Positions 9,963 to 20,185 are shown, counted from the first letter of the stretch. The stretch: DNA of 33,906 bases from Chromatiales bacterium (GCA_030640985.1 DAOWII010000107.1:1-33906); one strand, 5' to 3'. A program made the numbers and translations. The notes: generated by a model not told the origin, from the sequence alone.

Positions 9963-10655
9963 TCACTCGACTGGATGATAGTCCAGGTACCCCGACAACT
10001 GCTGTAAACACTGTTTGACGGTCATATGTTCACAGTAAATCGGAGGCAGGTTCTTCATTTTCGCATGCCCACGTATGACCACTGCCGGCAGTACATGCCC
10101 CTTGCCTGCAATCCCATCCAGGCGCACCGGGTGAATTGTACATTCAGCCATCTGGGCCAGGCGGATGACGCCCGCCTTTAGTGGCCGGGGTGGGTCGCTC
10201 TCCAGGTGAATACCGCCATGGGGAAAGACCGCCACCACCTCGCCCGCAGCCAGCGCCCGCAAAGCCTCACGGAAGGCGAGCTCTGGTCGCCCTGACCGGT
10301 CCACTGGAATGCAGCCCGCCGCGTGAAATATCCACTTCAATCCGAAGCGATTGTACTGCTCCATAGCGATGAGAAACCGCAACGGGCGCTTGCTGGCAGC
10401 AACCAGCAATAAGGGATCCAGGCCGGAGATATGATTGGACGCCACCAAAGCGGGGCCTGACTCCGGCAGCGCCAGGGGCTCGTAGGAGAGCCGGTGATAA
10501 CGGTGGCAGAAAATACGCAAAAAGCCATCCACCCGATTGAGCCAGCCAACACCCCAGTCAACGCTATTGGCCCTGTCCAGGATTTTCAGTAAACGCCAGC
10601 ATAAAACCAGCAGCACAAGCAGCAGACAAAAACCCCAGACCCAGCTATTGCTCAT
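9963..10655 (-). CDS. PlsC-like lysophospholipid acyltransferase
   Basis: N-terminal TM helix, NHISGLD (HX4D), GCIPVDR, VFPHG block III. Confidence 0.88.
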   Translation of the reverse strand: MSNSWVWGFCLLLVLLVLCWRLLKILDRANSVDWGVGWLNRVDGFLRIFCHRYHRLSYEPLALPESGPALVASNHISGLDPLLLVAASKRPLRFLIAMEQYNRFGLKWIFHAAGCIPVDRSGRPELAFREALRALAAGEVVAVFPHGGIHLESDPPRPLKAGVIRLAQMAECTIHPVRLDGIAGKGHVLPAVVIRGHAKMKNLPPIYCEHMTVKQCLQQLSGYLDYHPVE

Positions 10656-10706
10656 GCTTCACTTCTCAAGAGTTCTCAAATCAGGTTTTTACCGACTTGT
10701 CTGTGT

Positions 10707-11228
10707 TCATGCCGGTTTGTCGGTAGACTGATAGTTCTTACGCCGGAACAGATCATTGCGCCGACTCACCAGACGATCCAGAAACAGTAAACCATCCAGG
10801 TGATCGATTTCATGTAATACTGCCCGAGCCTCAAAGCCTTCACACTGGTATTCCCGCCACTGGCCCTGATCATCCTGGGCTTTCAAACGGATACGTTCGG
10901 CGCGGATCACGTTACCCGTGTAATCCGGCACTGACATACATCCCTCTCGACCTTTAACCTCACCTTCCTCGGCCAATATTTTTGGATTGATCAGCAACAG
11001 TCGTCCATTATTCGGTACCGGGCGGCGGGCGCCAGAAACATCGACAATAGCAATCCTTTGGAATTGCCCCACCTGGGGTGCCGCAATGCCTACCCCACCG
11101 GGACCGGCGCTCATGGTTTCTTCCAGATCTTTAATGAATGCCTGCAGTGTCCCATCAAATTGGACCACGGGGATAGCGACCTGTTTCAGGCGCTCATCGG
11201 GATAGATAAGAAGGGGGAGCACAGCCAT
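10707..11228 (-). CDS. def: Peptide deformylase (paralog outside a def-fmt context)
   Basis: GVGIAAPQVG, EGCMSVP and HEIDHLDG motifs. Confidence 0.95.
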   Translation of the reverse strand: MAVLPLLIYPDERLKQVAIPVVQFDGTLQAFIKDLEETMSAGPGGVGIAAPQVGQFQRIAIVDVSGARRPVPNNGRLLLINPKILAEEGEVKGREGCMSVPDYTGNVIRAERIRLKAQDDQGQWREYQCEGFEARAVLHEIDHLDGLLFLDRLVSRRNDLFRRKNYQSTDKPA

Positions 11229-11240
11229 AATGAATCTGGC

Positions 11241-11762
11241 TTAACCCATCATGGTTTCGATAGGCGAGAGACTCACTTCAACACCTTCAGTAGCGACAAT
11301 CTCCAGGGCAGAACGCAAGGCCTCAATGCCTTCCGATGCATGGCCTTCGATGTGCATGATATAGATCGGTTTGTCCTCACTGCCAGCCACATCAGATTCA
11401 AGATCCAGAATGTGCAGCCCTGCCTCAGTCAATGCCCCACTCACCTTGGCGACGATACCGCTGCGATCAGCACCATACACCGTGATGCGCACATCGGGCA
11501 GCAAATGCTGGTGCAAATGTGCCTTGATATGATCGACGTGGTAATGCAGCCCCATGGAATCCGCTACAGGTTCAATAACATCGCCCAGCGCCTTGGCTTT
11601 GCCCTCATATTTCACCATTAACATAATGGTGAAATTACCCCCCAATCGCATCATCGAGGCCTCACCCAGATTGCAGCCGGCATCATACAAAGCGGCACTG
11701 ATGTGGGCAACGATGCCAGGGCGGTCATTACCCACCAACGTCAGCATAAACCAGTTATTCAT
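11241..11762 (-). CDS. GcvR-like tandem ACT-domain protein
   Basis: Two ACT repeats: TLVGNDRPGIVAHIS..GCNLGEASM and TVYGADRSGIVAKVS..GLHILDL. Confidence 0.88.
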   Translation of the reverse strand: MNNWFMLTLVGNDRPGIVAHISAALYDAGCNLGEASMMRLGGNFTIMLMVKYEGKAKALGDVIEPVADSMGLHYHVDHIKAHLHQHLLPDVRITVYGADRSGIVAKVSGALTEAGLHILDLESDVAGSEDKPIYIMHIEGHASEGIEALRSALEIVATEGVEVSLSPIETMMG

Positions 11763-11799
11763 TTTTGATCCTCAAAATAATAAGGGAGTCCCTGAACAG

Positions 11800-12282
11800 C
11801 TATAGCGTCTCTGTAAAACCTGAAATGGCAAGAATCAAGGCATCCTCACGCCCCTTATCTCGGGTGGGGTAATATTCTCGCCTTAAACCCACCTGATTGA
11901 ATCCCAGCGATTCATACAAACCAACCGCATTTTTATTTGATGGGCGTACTTCAAGAAAAGTGGTCTCGGCACCGTATGATTCCGCCTGTTCAAGCAGGTG
12001 CCTCATCATCCGTCGACCCAACCCTTTTCCCTGTGCAGGAGAATCGATAGCGATATTCAGTATATGGGCCTCGCCAGAACCATAGGACAGCACGCCAAAG
12101 CCAACAACCTCATCATCATCAGTACAGACCCAGCAGCTATAACCCACCCCTATGCACCCGGAAAAAATACCCTCGGTCCAGGGAGTAATAGCCACTCGTT
12201 CCTCAATGGCCAACACCGTTGGCACATCAGTTTCACGCATAGGGCGCAACACGATTTCCGGTTCTTGTAATAGCGCACTCAT
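11800..12282 (-). CDS. rimI: Ribosomal protein S18-alanine N-acetyltransferase
   Basis: EAHILNIAI..QGKGLG, FLEVRPSN..A..LYESLGF..G.RREYY, REDA. Confidence 0.93.
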   Translation of the reverse strand: MSALLQEPEIVLRPMRETDVPTVLAIEERVAITPWTEGIFSGCIGVGYSCWVCTDDDEVVGFGVLSYGSGEAHILNIAIDSPAQGKGLGRRMMRHLLEQAESYGAETTFLEVRPSNKNAVGLYESLGFNQVGLRREYYPTRDKGREDALILAISGFTETL

Positions 12283-12303
12283 ATTTTAAATAACCAACGC
12301 GGG

Positions 12304-13137
12304 CTATGCTCCGGCCTGCCGTGAATATACCGACATTGCCAGCTTCAAATCATCCCAGGCCTTGCGCTTTTCTTTGGGTGCACGCAATAAGTACGCAGGA
12401 TGATAGGTGACTATAATGGGGATTTTTTCATCTCCGTAATAATAAACCTCACCACGCATGTGACCAATAGTCTGATCTGAAGACAATATATTTTGTGCCG
12501 CGACCTTACCCAACAGCAAAATAATCTTCGGTTTCACCAGGGCAATTTGTCGTTCGAGAAAGGTTCGACAATTGGCTGCTTCTTGCTGTTTTGGATCACG
12601 CTTATCGGGTAGCCGACATTTCAGGATATTGGCAAGAAAAGTCTGTTCGCGCTTGAGCCCCATTGCCAACAGCATGTTGTTTAGTAATTGACCCGCAGGA
12701 CCGACAAAGGGCTCACCCTGTTGATCTTCCTCGGTACCCGGCGCCTCGCCAATGACCATCCAGTCTGCAGCGGGATCACCGACGCCAAATACCGTCTGGC
12801 TACGATTGGCCACCAGCTCATCACATAGCGCACAAGTGCTGACACGGGACTGCAGTGCATTCCAGTCGAGTAAAGCAACATCATCCTCTTGCGCTAGCCG
12901 TTGCTCCGGAACAAGCTCAGGAGCTTGTCCAGGGGCAGATTTTGGCTGAGTTTCAGAAGACGTATCAAGGTGTAGTGGCTCTGTTTTTCCTGCCTGAACA
13001 GGAGCAACCCTGACGACAGGCTCAGAAATCGCTGGCTCAGCAACAACTTCCGGGGGCGAAGTGGGGGCACTTCCATCTCGAGATTCCCACATCTGGATCC
13101 CCATTGCCTCTAGATATTGTCGCTGTAGATTATCCAT
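12304..13137 (-). CDS. Family-4 (4Fe-4S) uracil-DNA glycosylase with a HolD/psi-like N-terminal peptide and Pro/Glu-rich linker
   Basis: CALC, GEAPG..E..QGEPFVG, NILKC, NC, TYHPAYLLR; N-terminus LQRQYLEAMGIQMWESR. Confidence 0.92.
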   Translation of the reverse strand: MDNLQRQYLEAMGIQMWESRDGSAPTSPPEVVAEPAISEPVVRVAPVQAGKTEPLHLDTSSETQPKSAPGQAPELVPEQRLAQEDDVALLDWNALQSRVSTCALCDELVANRSQTVFGVGDPAADWMVIGEAPGTEEDQQGEPFVGPAGQLLNNMLLAMGLKREQTFLANILKCRLPDKRDPKQQEAANCRTFLERQIALVKPKIILLLGKVAAQNILSSDQTIGHMRGEVYYYGDEKIPIIVTYHPAYLLRAPKEKRKAWDDLKLAMSVYSRQAGA

Positions 13138-13153
13138 ATGTGGTTACCTGTCA

Positions 13154-13248
13154 GTAGGAGCGGCGGCTTTGCACAAACCCCCGTCGCGATTCAAGCTCAT
13201 AAAAGGTCGCAATCATCCCGAGGCTTTGCATAAAGGCAGAACGCCTAC
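13154..13248. repeat. Degenerate GTAG-type REP-like element
   Basis: Begins GTAGGAGCGGCG..CCGTCGCGA, ends CGCCTAC; internal direct repeat GGCTTTGCA at 13165 and 13222. Confidence 0.45.
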
Positions 13249-13252
13249 CTTT

Positions 13253-14800
13253 TCATACATCCCCACCCTGAGGGTGGGCTCGAGGTGCCGTGGTCAGCAA
13301 TTTATTCAGGGCATTGATATAAGCCTTAGCGGAGGCAATCACAATATCCGTATCAGCCCCCTGACCATTGACAATACGACCGGCTTTTTCCAGGCGCACG
13401 GTCACCTCACCCTGAGAATCGGTACCGCTGGTGATGTTGTTAACCGAATAAAGCAATAATTCGCTACCACTATCAATAATGCTGTCGATAGCTTTCAATG
13501 CAGCATCCACGGGTCCGCCGCCAGAAGAACACCCCGACTTTTCTTCACCCTCCACCCATAAGGTGATATCGGCATGGGGCGTTTCCCCGGTTTCAGAGCA
13601 AACCTTAAGCGCAACCAGTTTGATACTCTCATTAACCGTACTTTCCAGGTTCGCCTCGGTGACCAGTGATTGCAGATCCTCGTCAAAGATTTCGTGCTTT
13701 TTGTCAGCCAAATCCTTAAAACGGGAAAAGGCTTCGTTCAACTCTTCTTCTGACTCGAAAGTCGTGCCCAATTCCTGCAAGCGGCTGCGGAAGGCATTAC
13801 GACCCGAGTGTTTACCCATGACCATGCGATTAGCACTCCAGCCCACATCCTCGGCACGCATGATTTCATAGGTCTCGCGACTCTTGAGTACCCCATCCTG
13901 ATGAATGCCGGACTCATGGGCAAAGGCGTTAGCACCGACGATGGCCTTGTTAGGTTGCACAGCAAAACCGGTAATACCCGATACCAGGCGGGAGGTTGGC
14001 ACAATTTGCGTGGTATCAATATCACTCACACAGGAGAAAACATCTGAACGGGTACGCACCGCCATGACGATCTCTTCCAACGAAGCATTACCAGCCCGCT
14101 CGCCTAGACCATTAATGGTACATTCCACCTGACGCGCACCATTGATCACCGCAGAGAGAGAGTTTGCCACCGCCAGGCCCAAATCATTATGGCAATGTAC
14201 CGAGAACACGGCCTTATCTGCATTGGGCACACGCTCAATAATCTCCCGCACTTTTGCACCAAACTGATCCGGTACGTTATAACCCACGGTATCGGGAATA
14301 TTTATCGTCGTTGCACCGGCAGAAATCGCTGCTTCGATAATCCGGCATAAAAAGTCCATTTCCGAGCGCCCCGCATCTTCGGCGGAGAACTCGACATTAT
14401 CAGTATACTTTCGGGCCCGTTTCACCGCATAAACAGCCTGCTCCAGCACCTTGTCGGGACTCATACGCAACTTGTGTTCCATGTGAATCGGGGAGGTAGC
14501 TATAAAAGTATGGATACGTGAGGAATTGGCATCTTTCAATGCTTCACCCACACGATCAATATCTTTATCCAGCGCCCGCGCCAAACCACACACGGTACTA
14601 TCCTTAATAGTTCGCGCCACCGCTTGCACCGCCTCAAAGTCACCCTGACTGGCGATCGGAAAGCCTGCTTCAATGACATCCACCCGCATCTTCTCCAGCG
14701 CCTTGGCAATGCGTACCTTTGCCGCCCGGGTCATAGACGCACCAGGGCTCTGCTCACCATCCCGCAAGGTGGTATCAAATATAATTAATTTATCGCTCAT
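13253..14800 (-). CDS. leuA: 2-isopropylmalate synthase
   Basis: [44 protein letters not shown], regulatory domain GGPVDA. Confidence 0.98.
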   Translation of the reverse strand: MSDKLIIFDTTLRDGEQSPGASMTRAAKVRIAKALEKMRVDVIEAGFPIASQGDFEAVQAVARTIKDSTVCGLARALDKDIDRVGEALKDANSSRIHTFIATSPIHMEHKLRMSPDKVLEQAVYAVKRARKYTDNVEFSAEDAGRSEMDFLCRIIEAAISAGATTINIPDTVGYNVPDQFGAKVREIIERVPNADKAVFSVHCHNDLGLAVANSLSAVINGARQVECTINGLGERAGNASLEEIVMAVRTRSDVFSCVSDIDTTQIVPTSRLVSGITGFAVQPNKAIVGANAFAHESGIHQDGVLKSRETYEIMRAEDVGWSANRMVMGKHSGRNAFRSRLQELGTTFESEEELNEAFSRFKDLADKKHEIFDEDLQSLVTEANLESTVNESIKLVALKVCSETGETPHADITLWVEGEEKSGCSSGGGPVDAALKAIDSIIDSGSELLLYSVNNITSGTDSQGEVTVRLEKAGRIVNGQGADTDIVIASAKAYINALNKLLTTAPRAHPQGGDV

Positions 14801-14890
14801 TCTTTTACTCCGTTCATACGTCCCATATTAGCAGGAGACGTGATCAAATCGAAATGATTGTGGCCCTTCTCAAAAAGAAAAGGCACTTTA

Positions 14891-15067
14891 GAAAGCTCTA
14901 AACAAGTCATGAACGAGAATCTTGAGTCTGAAATTTCCAACTACTTTGTTGCAAAACTACGTAATAGCCAGCTATTGCGTGCGATTTGCACCCAGAAGGG
15001 CATAAACGCCTTGTATTTGGAAATTTCAGTTCTCAATCTTCCACGCCCAGACTTATTCAGAGCTTCC
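14891..15067. mobile_element. 177 bp non-autonomous palindromic element (MITE)
   Basis: 18 bp terminal inverted repeats GAAAGCTCTAAACAAGTC / GACTTATTCAGAGCTTCC (15/18 match), flanking TTA direct repeat (14888-90, 15068-70), inner arms TTGAGTCTGAAATTTCCAACTAC / GTATTTGGAAATTTCAGTTCTCAA and apical AATAGC-CA-GCTATT. Confidence 0.8.
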
Positions 15068-15124
15068 TTAAATAAATCAGTTTTTGGATTTTCGGCCATA
15101 AGGCCGTGATGAAAGTATGATGCC

Positions 15125-15220
15125 CTAGGGCAGCAGTCGTAGAGACAGAGCGGGACAGGCACAACGATACACAGGCAAGATACCCGCGTTGAAAGAAGAG
15201 TTTTGAATCGATATGCTCAT
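15125..15220 (-). CDS. Putative leuA leader peptide, MSISIQNSSFNAGILPVYRCACPALSLRLLP
   Basis: 31-codon ORF upstream of leuA with 4 Leu in the last 7 codons (CTG, CTA, CTG, CTG), directly behind a sigma70 promoter. Confidence 0.65.
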   Translation of the reverse strand: MSISIQNSSFNAGILPVYRCACPALSLRLLP

Positions 15221-15227
15221 GGTGTTA

Positions 15228-15256
15228 ACTATAGCGTCAGATGCCTCGTTTGCCAA
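15228..15256 (-). promoter_or_regulatory. Sigma70 promoter of the leader-leuA unit
   Basis: Minus strand TTGGCA-17 nt-TATAGT, 7 nt before the leader ATG. Confidence 0.7.
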
Positions 15257-15283
15257 GGCACATTATTCCATTTTATAACCCTG

Positions 15284-16069
15284 CTACTCCTGTTTGTCCT
15301 CAGTTTTATCATTGCCAGTTTCCTCACTACCACTAGCACGCATCCTGCGTGAACGATATAACATCACAAGGGTGATCACAGGCCCTGAAATAGCATAAAT
15401 CATTGCCATGGAGAACAACACGCGAGGGGGATCCAGAGTAATAAAAACAAATACCAGCACCACAATGAGCATAACGAAAAAGGGTACTTTGCCTTTAAAG
15501 TCCATGTCCTTGAAGCTGTAGTAACGAATATTGCTAACCATCAGGCCACCAGCAAGAATGGTCACGGCGACGGTCCATTTGCCCACCTCACTGCCGGCAA
15601 TGCCATAAACAGTGCCCACCCAGATCAGTCCGACCAACAGGGCCGCAGCAGCCGGACTAGCTAGCCCCTGAAAAAAACGTTTATCTGTACTCTCGCTACG
15701 CGTATTAAAACGAGCCAGGCGCAATGCAGCACAGGCGGTATAAATGAAAGCAGCCAGCCAACCCAGTTTACCCATCACAGACAGTGACCATGTATACATT
15801 ACCAGCGCAGGTGCCAGGCCAAATGAAATCATATCCGACAGGCTGTCATACTCCATGCCAAAATCACTCTGGGTATTGGTCAGTCGGGCAACCCGCCCAT
15901 CCAGGCCGTCCATCACCATTGCCACAAAAATGGCAATGGCGGCCGCCTCGAAACGACCATCCATGGCCGAAACAATGGCATAAAAACCCGCAAACAACCC
16001 GACAGTGGTAAACAGGTTTGGCAATAAGTAGATACCACGACGTGGTTTCTGATTGTTCTCTGTGTCCAT
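15284..16069 (-). CDS. pssA: CDP-diacylglycerol-serine O-phosphatidyltransferase (membrane type)
   Basis: YLLPNLFT, DGLDGRVARLTNTQSDFGMEYDSLSD CDP-alcohol motif, LRLARFN, FQGLASP. Confidence 0.96.
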   Translation of the reverse strand: MDTENNQKPRRGIYLLPNLFTTVGLFAGFYAIVSAMDGRFEAAAIAIFVAMVMDGLDGRVARLTNTQSDFGMEYDSLSDMISFGLAPALVMYTWSLSVMGKLGWLAAFIYTACAALRLARFNTRSESTDKRFFQGLASPAAAALLVGLIWVGTVYGIAGSEVGKWTVAVTILAGGLMVSNIRYYSFKDMDFKGKVPFFVMLIVVLVFVFITLDPPRVLFSMAMIYAISGPVITLVMLYRSRRMRASGSEETGNDKTEDKQE

Positions 16070-16185
16070 AGTTTGGTTACCCCTGCCTTCTCATGGAGCT
16101 GTTCGTTGAATAGCTCGCTGTCACTGACTTCAAAGTATAAACACCCGTAACTTCCGAGTATAAACAAGCGAAGACTGTTTGTGGA

Positions 16186-16824
16186 TCAACTTTTGTGTAC
16201 CAATTGCCCCAGAACACTACTCCCGGATATTACACGCTCGCCTTCTTTAACAGCAAGCCGACTATTGGCGGGTAGCACGACTTCAACCCGACTACCAAAA
16301 AGCACGAAACCACATCGCTGCCCCTGCCCGACCCGTTCGCCAGTATGAAGATAACAGGAAGGAGAGCGTTTCAAGGTGCTGGGATGTAGCAGCAGTAATA
16401 CATCATCTTCTTCGTCGCTTTGCACCCACACAGCATAAGCCGACTGCAATTTTTCCTGCTCCGTCGATGTAGCCCCCGCATACCACTGGCGCTGCACCTT
16501 CCCCTCCATGGGACTGCGTATAGAGTAGATCCCCAGGTTGTTCATGTCGATGACTACTCGCAACATCTCCCGCTGCAGGTGTTCATCTTGCACTGACTCC
16601 ACAGACACCACCCATCCATCCACAGGACTCACCACCGCCAGTGGTGATGAGGATACCTTTCGTTGTGGATCTCGAAACAGGAACAACAACAGAAAAATCA
16701 AAAAAATAAAGATAGTGGCAAGGTTCGTGGCAGAAAAATACAATGCCGCTAAAACTGCCAAAACACAGGGGATAATGAACAGCCAGGCTTCCCGGGCAAT
16801 CAGAGGGTAACGATATGAAGCCAT
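16186..16824 (-). CDS. psd: Short-type phosphatidylserine decarboxylase homologue (possibly degenerate)
   Basis: IAREAW, FLFRDPQR, VVSPVDG, GQGQRCGFVLFGSRV cleavage region; upstream of pssA. Confidence 0.8.
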   Translation of the reverse strand: MASYRYPLIAREAWLFIIPCVLAVLAALYFSATNLATIFIFLIFLLLFLFRDPQRKVSSSPLAVVSPVDGWVVSVESVQDEHLQREMLRVVIDMNNLGIYSIRSPMEGKVQRQWYAGATSTEQEKLQSAYAVWVQSDEEDDVLLLLHPSTLKRSPSCYLHTGERVGQGQRCGFVLFGSRVEVVLPANSRLAVKEGERVISGSSVLGQLVHKS

Positions 16825-16841
16825 TAAAATAGACCTGTAAG

Positions 16842-16878
16842 AAAAAGGCCGGGCATTCTTTTGAATGTCCGGCCTTTT
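16842..16878 (-). terminator. Rho-independent terminator after ilvC
   Basis: AAAAAGGCCGGGCATTC-TTTT-GAATGTCCGGCCTTTT hairpin with T tails on both strands. Confidence 0.9.
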
Positions 16879-16894
16879 ATCGATTGTCGTGCGT

Positions 16895-17905
<1,011 letters not shown>

Positions 17906-17986
17906 TTATACTTTCCTTCTAAAAGTTTTAAGTCAAACAACAGTCCTCTCCCGAATGCTTTCCGGGAAAGAAATTCTTTAAAAGCG

Positions 17987-18478
17987 TTAGATATGCAGAG
18001 CCTTATCGCCGCGGGCAATGCCGGAAGCCCCTGAGCGCACCGTCTCCAGGATATCTTTACCCAGAGTGCTAATAAAGGCATCCAGTTTTTCGCCGGTTCC
18101 TGTCAACTCAACCGTGTAGGAGGCATCGGTAACATCGATGACATGACCACGGAAGATATCCGTCAGACGTTTCACCTCATTACGTCGTTCCTCGCCTTTA
18201 GCCTTTACCTTGATCAGCAATAATTCACGCTCGATATGCACACCTTCGGTAAGATCAATCAACTTGACCACATCAATCAGTTTGTTCAACTGCTTGGTAA
18301 TCTGTTCGATGATTTCATCAGAGCCACGGGTGACCAGGGTCATGCGTGACAGTGAGGCATCCTCGGTGGCTGCCACGGTCAGAGACTCAATATTATAACC
18401 GCGAGCAGAAAAAAGTCCTGCCACACGAGACAGGGCTCCCGCTTCATTTTCCATTAAAATCGATATGATATGACGCAT
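17987..18478 (-). CDS. ilvH: Acetolactate synthase small regulatory subunit
   Basis: MRHIISILMENEAGALSRVAGLFSARGYNIESL, EQITKQLNKLIDV. Confidence 0.98.
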   Translation of the reverse strand: MRHIISILMENEAGALSRVAGLFSARGYNIESLTVAATEDASLSRMTLVTRGSDEIIEQITKQLNKLIDVVKLIDLTEGVHIERELLLIKVKAKGEERRNEVKRLTDIFRGHVIDVTDASYTVELTGTGEKLDAFISTLGKDILETVRSGASGIARGDKALHI

Positions 18479-18490
18479 AGTTCAGGGTTC

Positions 18491-20185
18491 TCAAATCAGA
18501 ATCATTTCGTCCAGCCCGGCGCCGGCAGGCACCATGGGATAAACGTTTTCAGTCTTGTCAGTAACAAAATCCAGGAATACATAGCGCTCCTTCATTTTGA
18601 AAGCCGCTTTGAGTGCACCCTCGACATCAGCGGGATTTTCAATACGCATACCCACATGGCCATAAGCCTCTGCCAGTTTCACGAAGTCAGGCACCGACTC
18701 CATGTAGGAGCTGGCATAACGCTCCTCATAAAAGAATTCCTGCCACTGGCGTACCATGCCCAGATAGCCGTTATTCAAACACACCACCTTGATGGGCAGA
18801 CCATATTGCATGCAGGTAGAAAGTTCCTGGATATTCATCTGAATGCTGCCTTCACCGGTAACACAGGCCACCGTCGCCTTGGGGTGGGCAAACTGTACAC
18901 CCATAGCTGCTGGCAGGCCAAAGCCCATGGTGCCCAGACCACCAGAGTTAATCCAGCGGCGTGGCTTATCAAATCGGCAGAACTGTGCCGCCCACATCTG
19001 GTGCTGTCCTACATCAGAAGTAACAAAGGCATCACCTTTGGTGATTCTGTTCATGGTGTCCAGCACATATTGTGGCTTAATTACCTCCGGCCCTTGCTCG
19101 TACTTAAGACAATCCTTGCTGCGCCATTCATCAATCTGCGTCCACCACTTGGCCGCAGCATCGTTGTCCGCCGACAGCTTTTCAGCCTTGATCTGTTTAA
19201 TCCATTCTTTCAGCACATTGCTGACACCGCCAACAATGGGAATATCTACTTTCACATTTTTGGAGATGGAAGCGGGGTCGATATCCACATGGATAATCTT
19301 CGCCTCGGGCGCAAACTTGGCGATATTGCCCGTCACCCGATCGTCGAATCGTGCGCCAATGGCAACCAGCAGGTCACAACGGGAAATTGCCATATTAGCC
19401 TCATAGGTACCGTGCATACCTAACATGCCAAGGAACTGTTTATCCGATGCAGGGAAACCACCCAGTCCCATAGAGGTATTGGTGACCGGCGTATTCATGA
19501 GGTGCGCCAGCTCGGTCAAGGATTTAGCAGCAGCATCCAGGATCACCCCACCACCGGTATAGAGTACCGGACGTTTGGCAGAAGCGAGCATCTTGGCTGC
19601 ACGTTTGATCTGACCAGAATGACCTTTTACCACCGGATTGTACGAGCGCATGTCCACTGTCTTGGGGTAGACATACTTGGTTTTCTCGGCAGTAACATCC
19701 TTGGGAACATCCACGACTACGGGTCCGGGTCTGCCGGTCGAGGCAATATAAAAAGCCTTTTTCAAAGTCTCCGCCAGATCCGCGACATCCTTGACCAGGA
19801 AGTTGTGTTTCACACAGGGACGGGTAATACCGACGGAATCCACTTCCTGGAAAGCATCATTACCGATCAAGCTGGTGGGAACCTGGCCCGTAATGACAAC
19901 CATAGGGATAGAATCCATATAGGCCGTAGCGATACCCGTTACTGCGTTGGTAGCTCCCGGCCCGGAGGTGACCAGCACCACTCCCGGCTTACCCGTTGAA
20001 CGCGCATAACCATCGGCGGCATGGGTGGCCGCCTGTTCGTGGCGCACCAGAATATGTTGTACCTTGTCCTGTCGGTACAAGGCATCATAGATGTGCAGAA
20101 CGGCGCCTCCCGGATAACCGAAGAGATGCTCAACACCTTCATCTTCCAGAAAACGGACGATGATCTCAGCACCGGACAATTCCAC
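18491..20185 (-). CDS. ilvI: Acetolactate synthase large subunit (GTG start at 20185)
   Basis: [59 protein letters not shown] before GTG. Confidence 0.98.
   Translation of the reverse strand: MELSGAEIIVRFLEDEGVEHLFGYPGGAVLHIYDALYRQDKVQHILVRHEQAATHAADGYARSTGKPGVVLVTSGPGATNAVTGIATAYMDSIPMVVITGQVPTSLIGNDAFQEVDSVGITRPCVKHNFLVKDVADLAETLKKAFYIASTGRPGPVVVDVPKDVTAEKTKYVYPKTVDMRSYNPVVKGHSGQIKRAAKMLASAKRPVLYTGGGVILDAAAKSLTELAHLMNTPVTNTSMGLGGFPASDKQFLGMLGMHGTYEANMAISRCDLLVAIGARFDDRVTGNIAKFAPEAKIIHVDIDPASISKNVKVDIPIVGGVSNVLKEWIKQIKAEKLSADNDAAAKWWTQIDEWRSKDCLKYEQGPEVIKPQYVLDTMNRITKGDAFVTSDVGQHQMWAAQFCRFDKPRRWINSGGLGTMGFGLPAAMGVQFAHPKATVACVTGEGSIQMNIQELSTCMQYGLPIKVVCLNNGYLGMVRQWQEFFYEERYASSYMESVPDFVKLAEAYGHVGMRIENPADVEGALKAAFKMKERYVFLDFVTDKTENVYPMVPAGAGLDEMILI

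Noticed and set aside
9867..10007. Short plus-strand ORF starting MSKQTIEHPLG downstream of qseC
   Set aside because: Reads through the intrinsic terminator into the convergent acyltransferase gene; an RNA interpretation fits better.
14858..15162. ORFs 14858-15109 (+) and 14941-15162 (-)
   Set aside because: They run through the palindromic MITE and have no transposase or other motifs.
18470..19423. 317 aa plus-strand ORF
   Set aside because: Entirely antisense to ilvI; no recognisable motifs; explained by codon bias.
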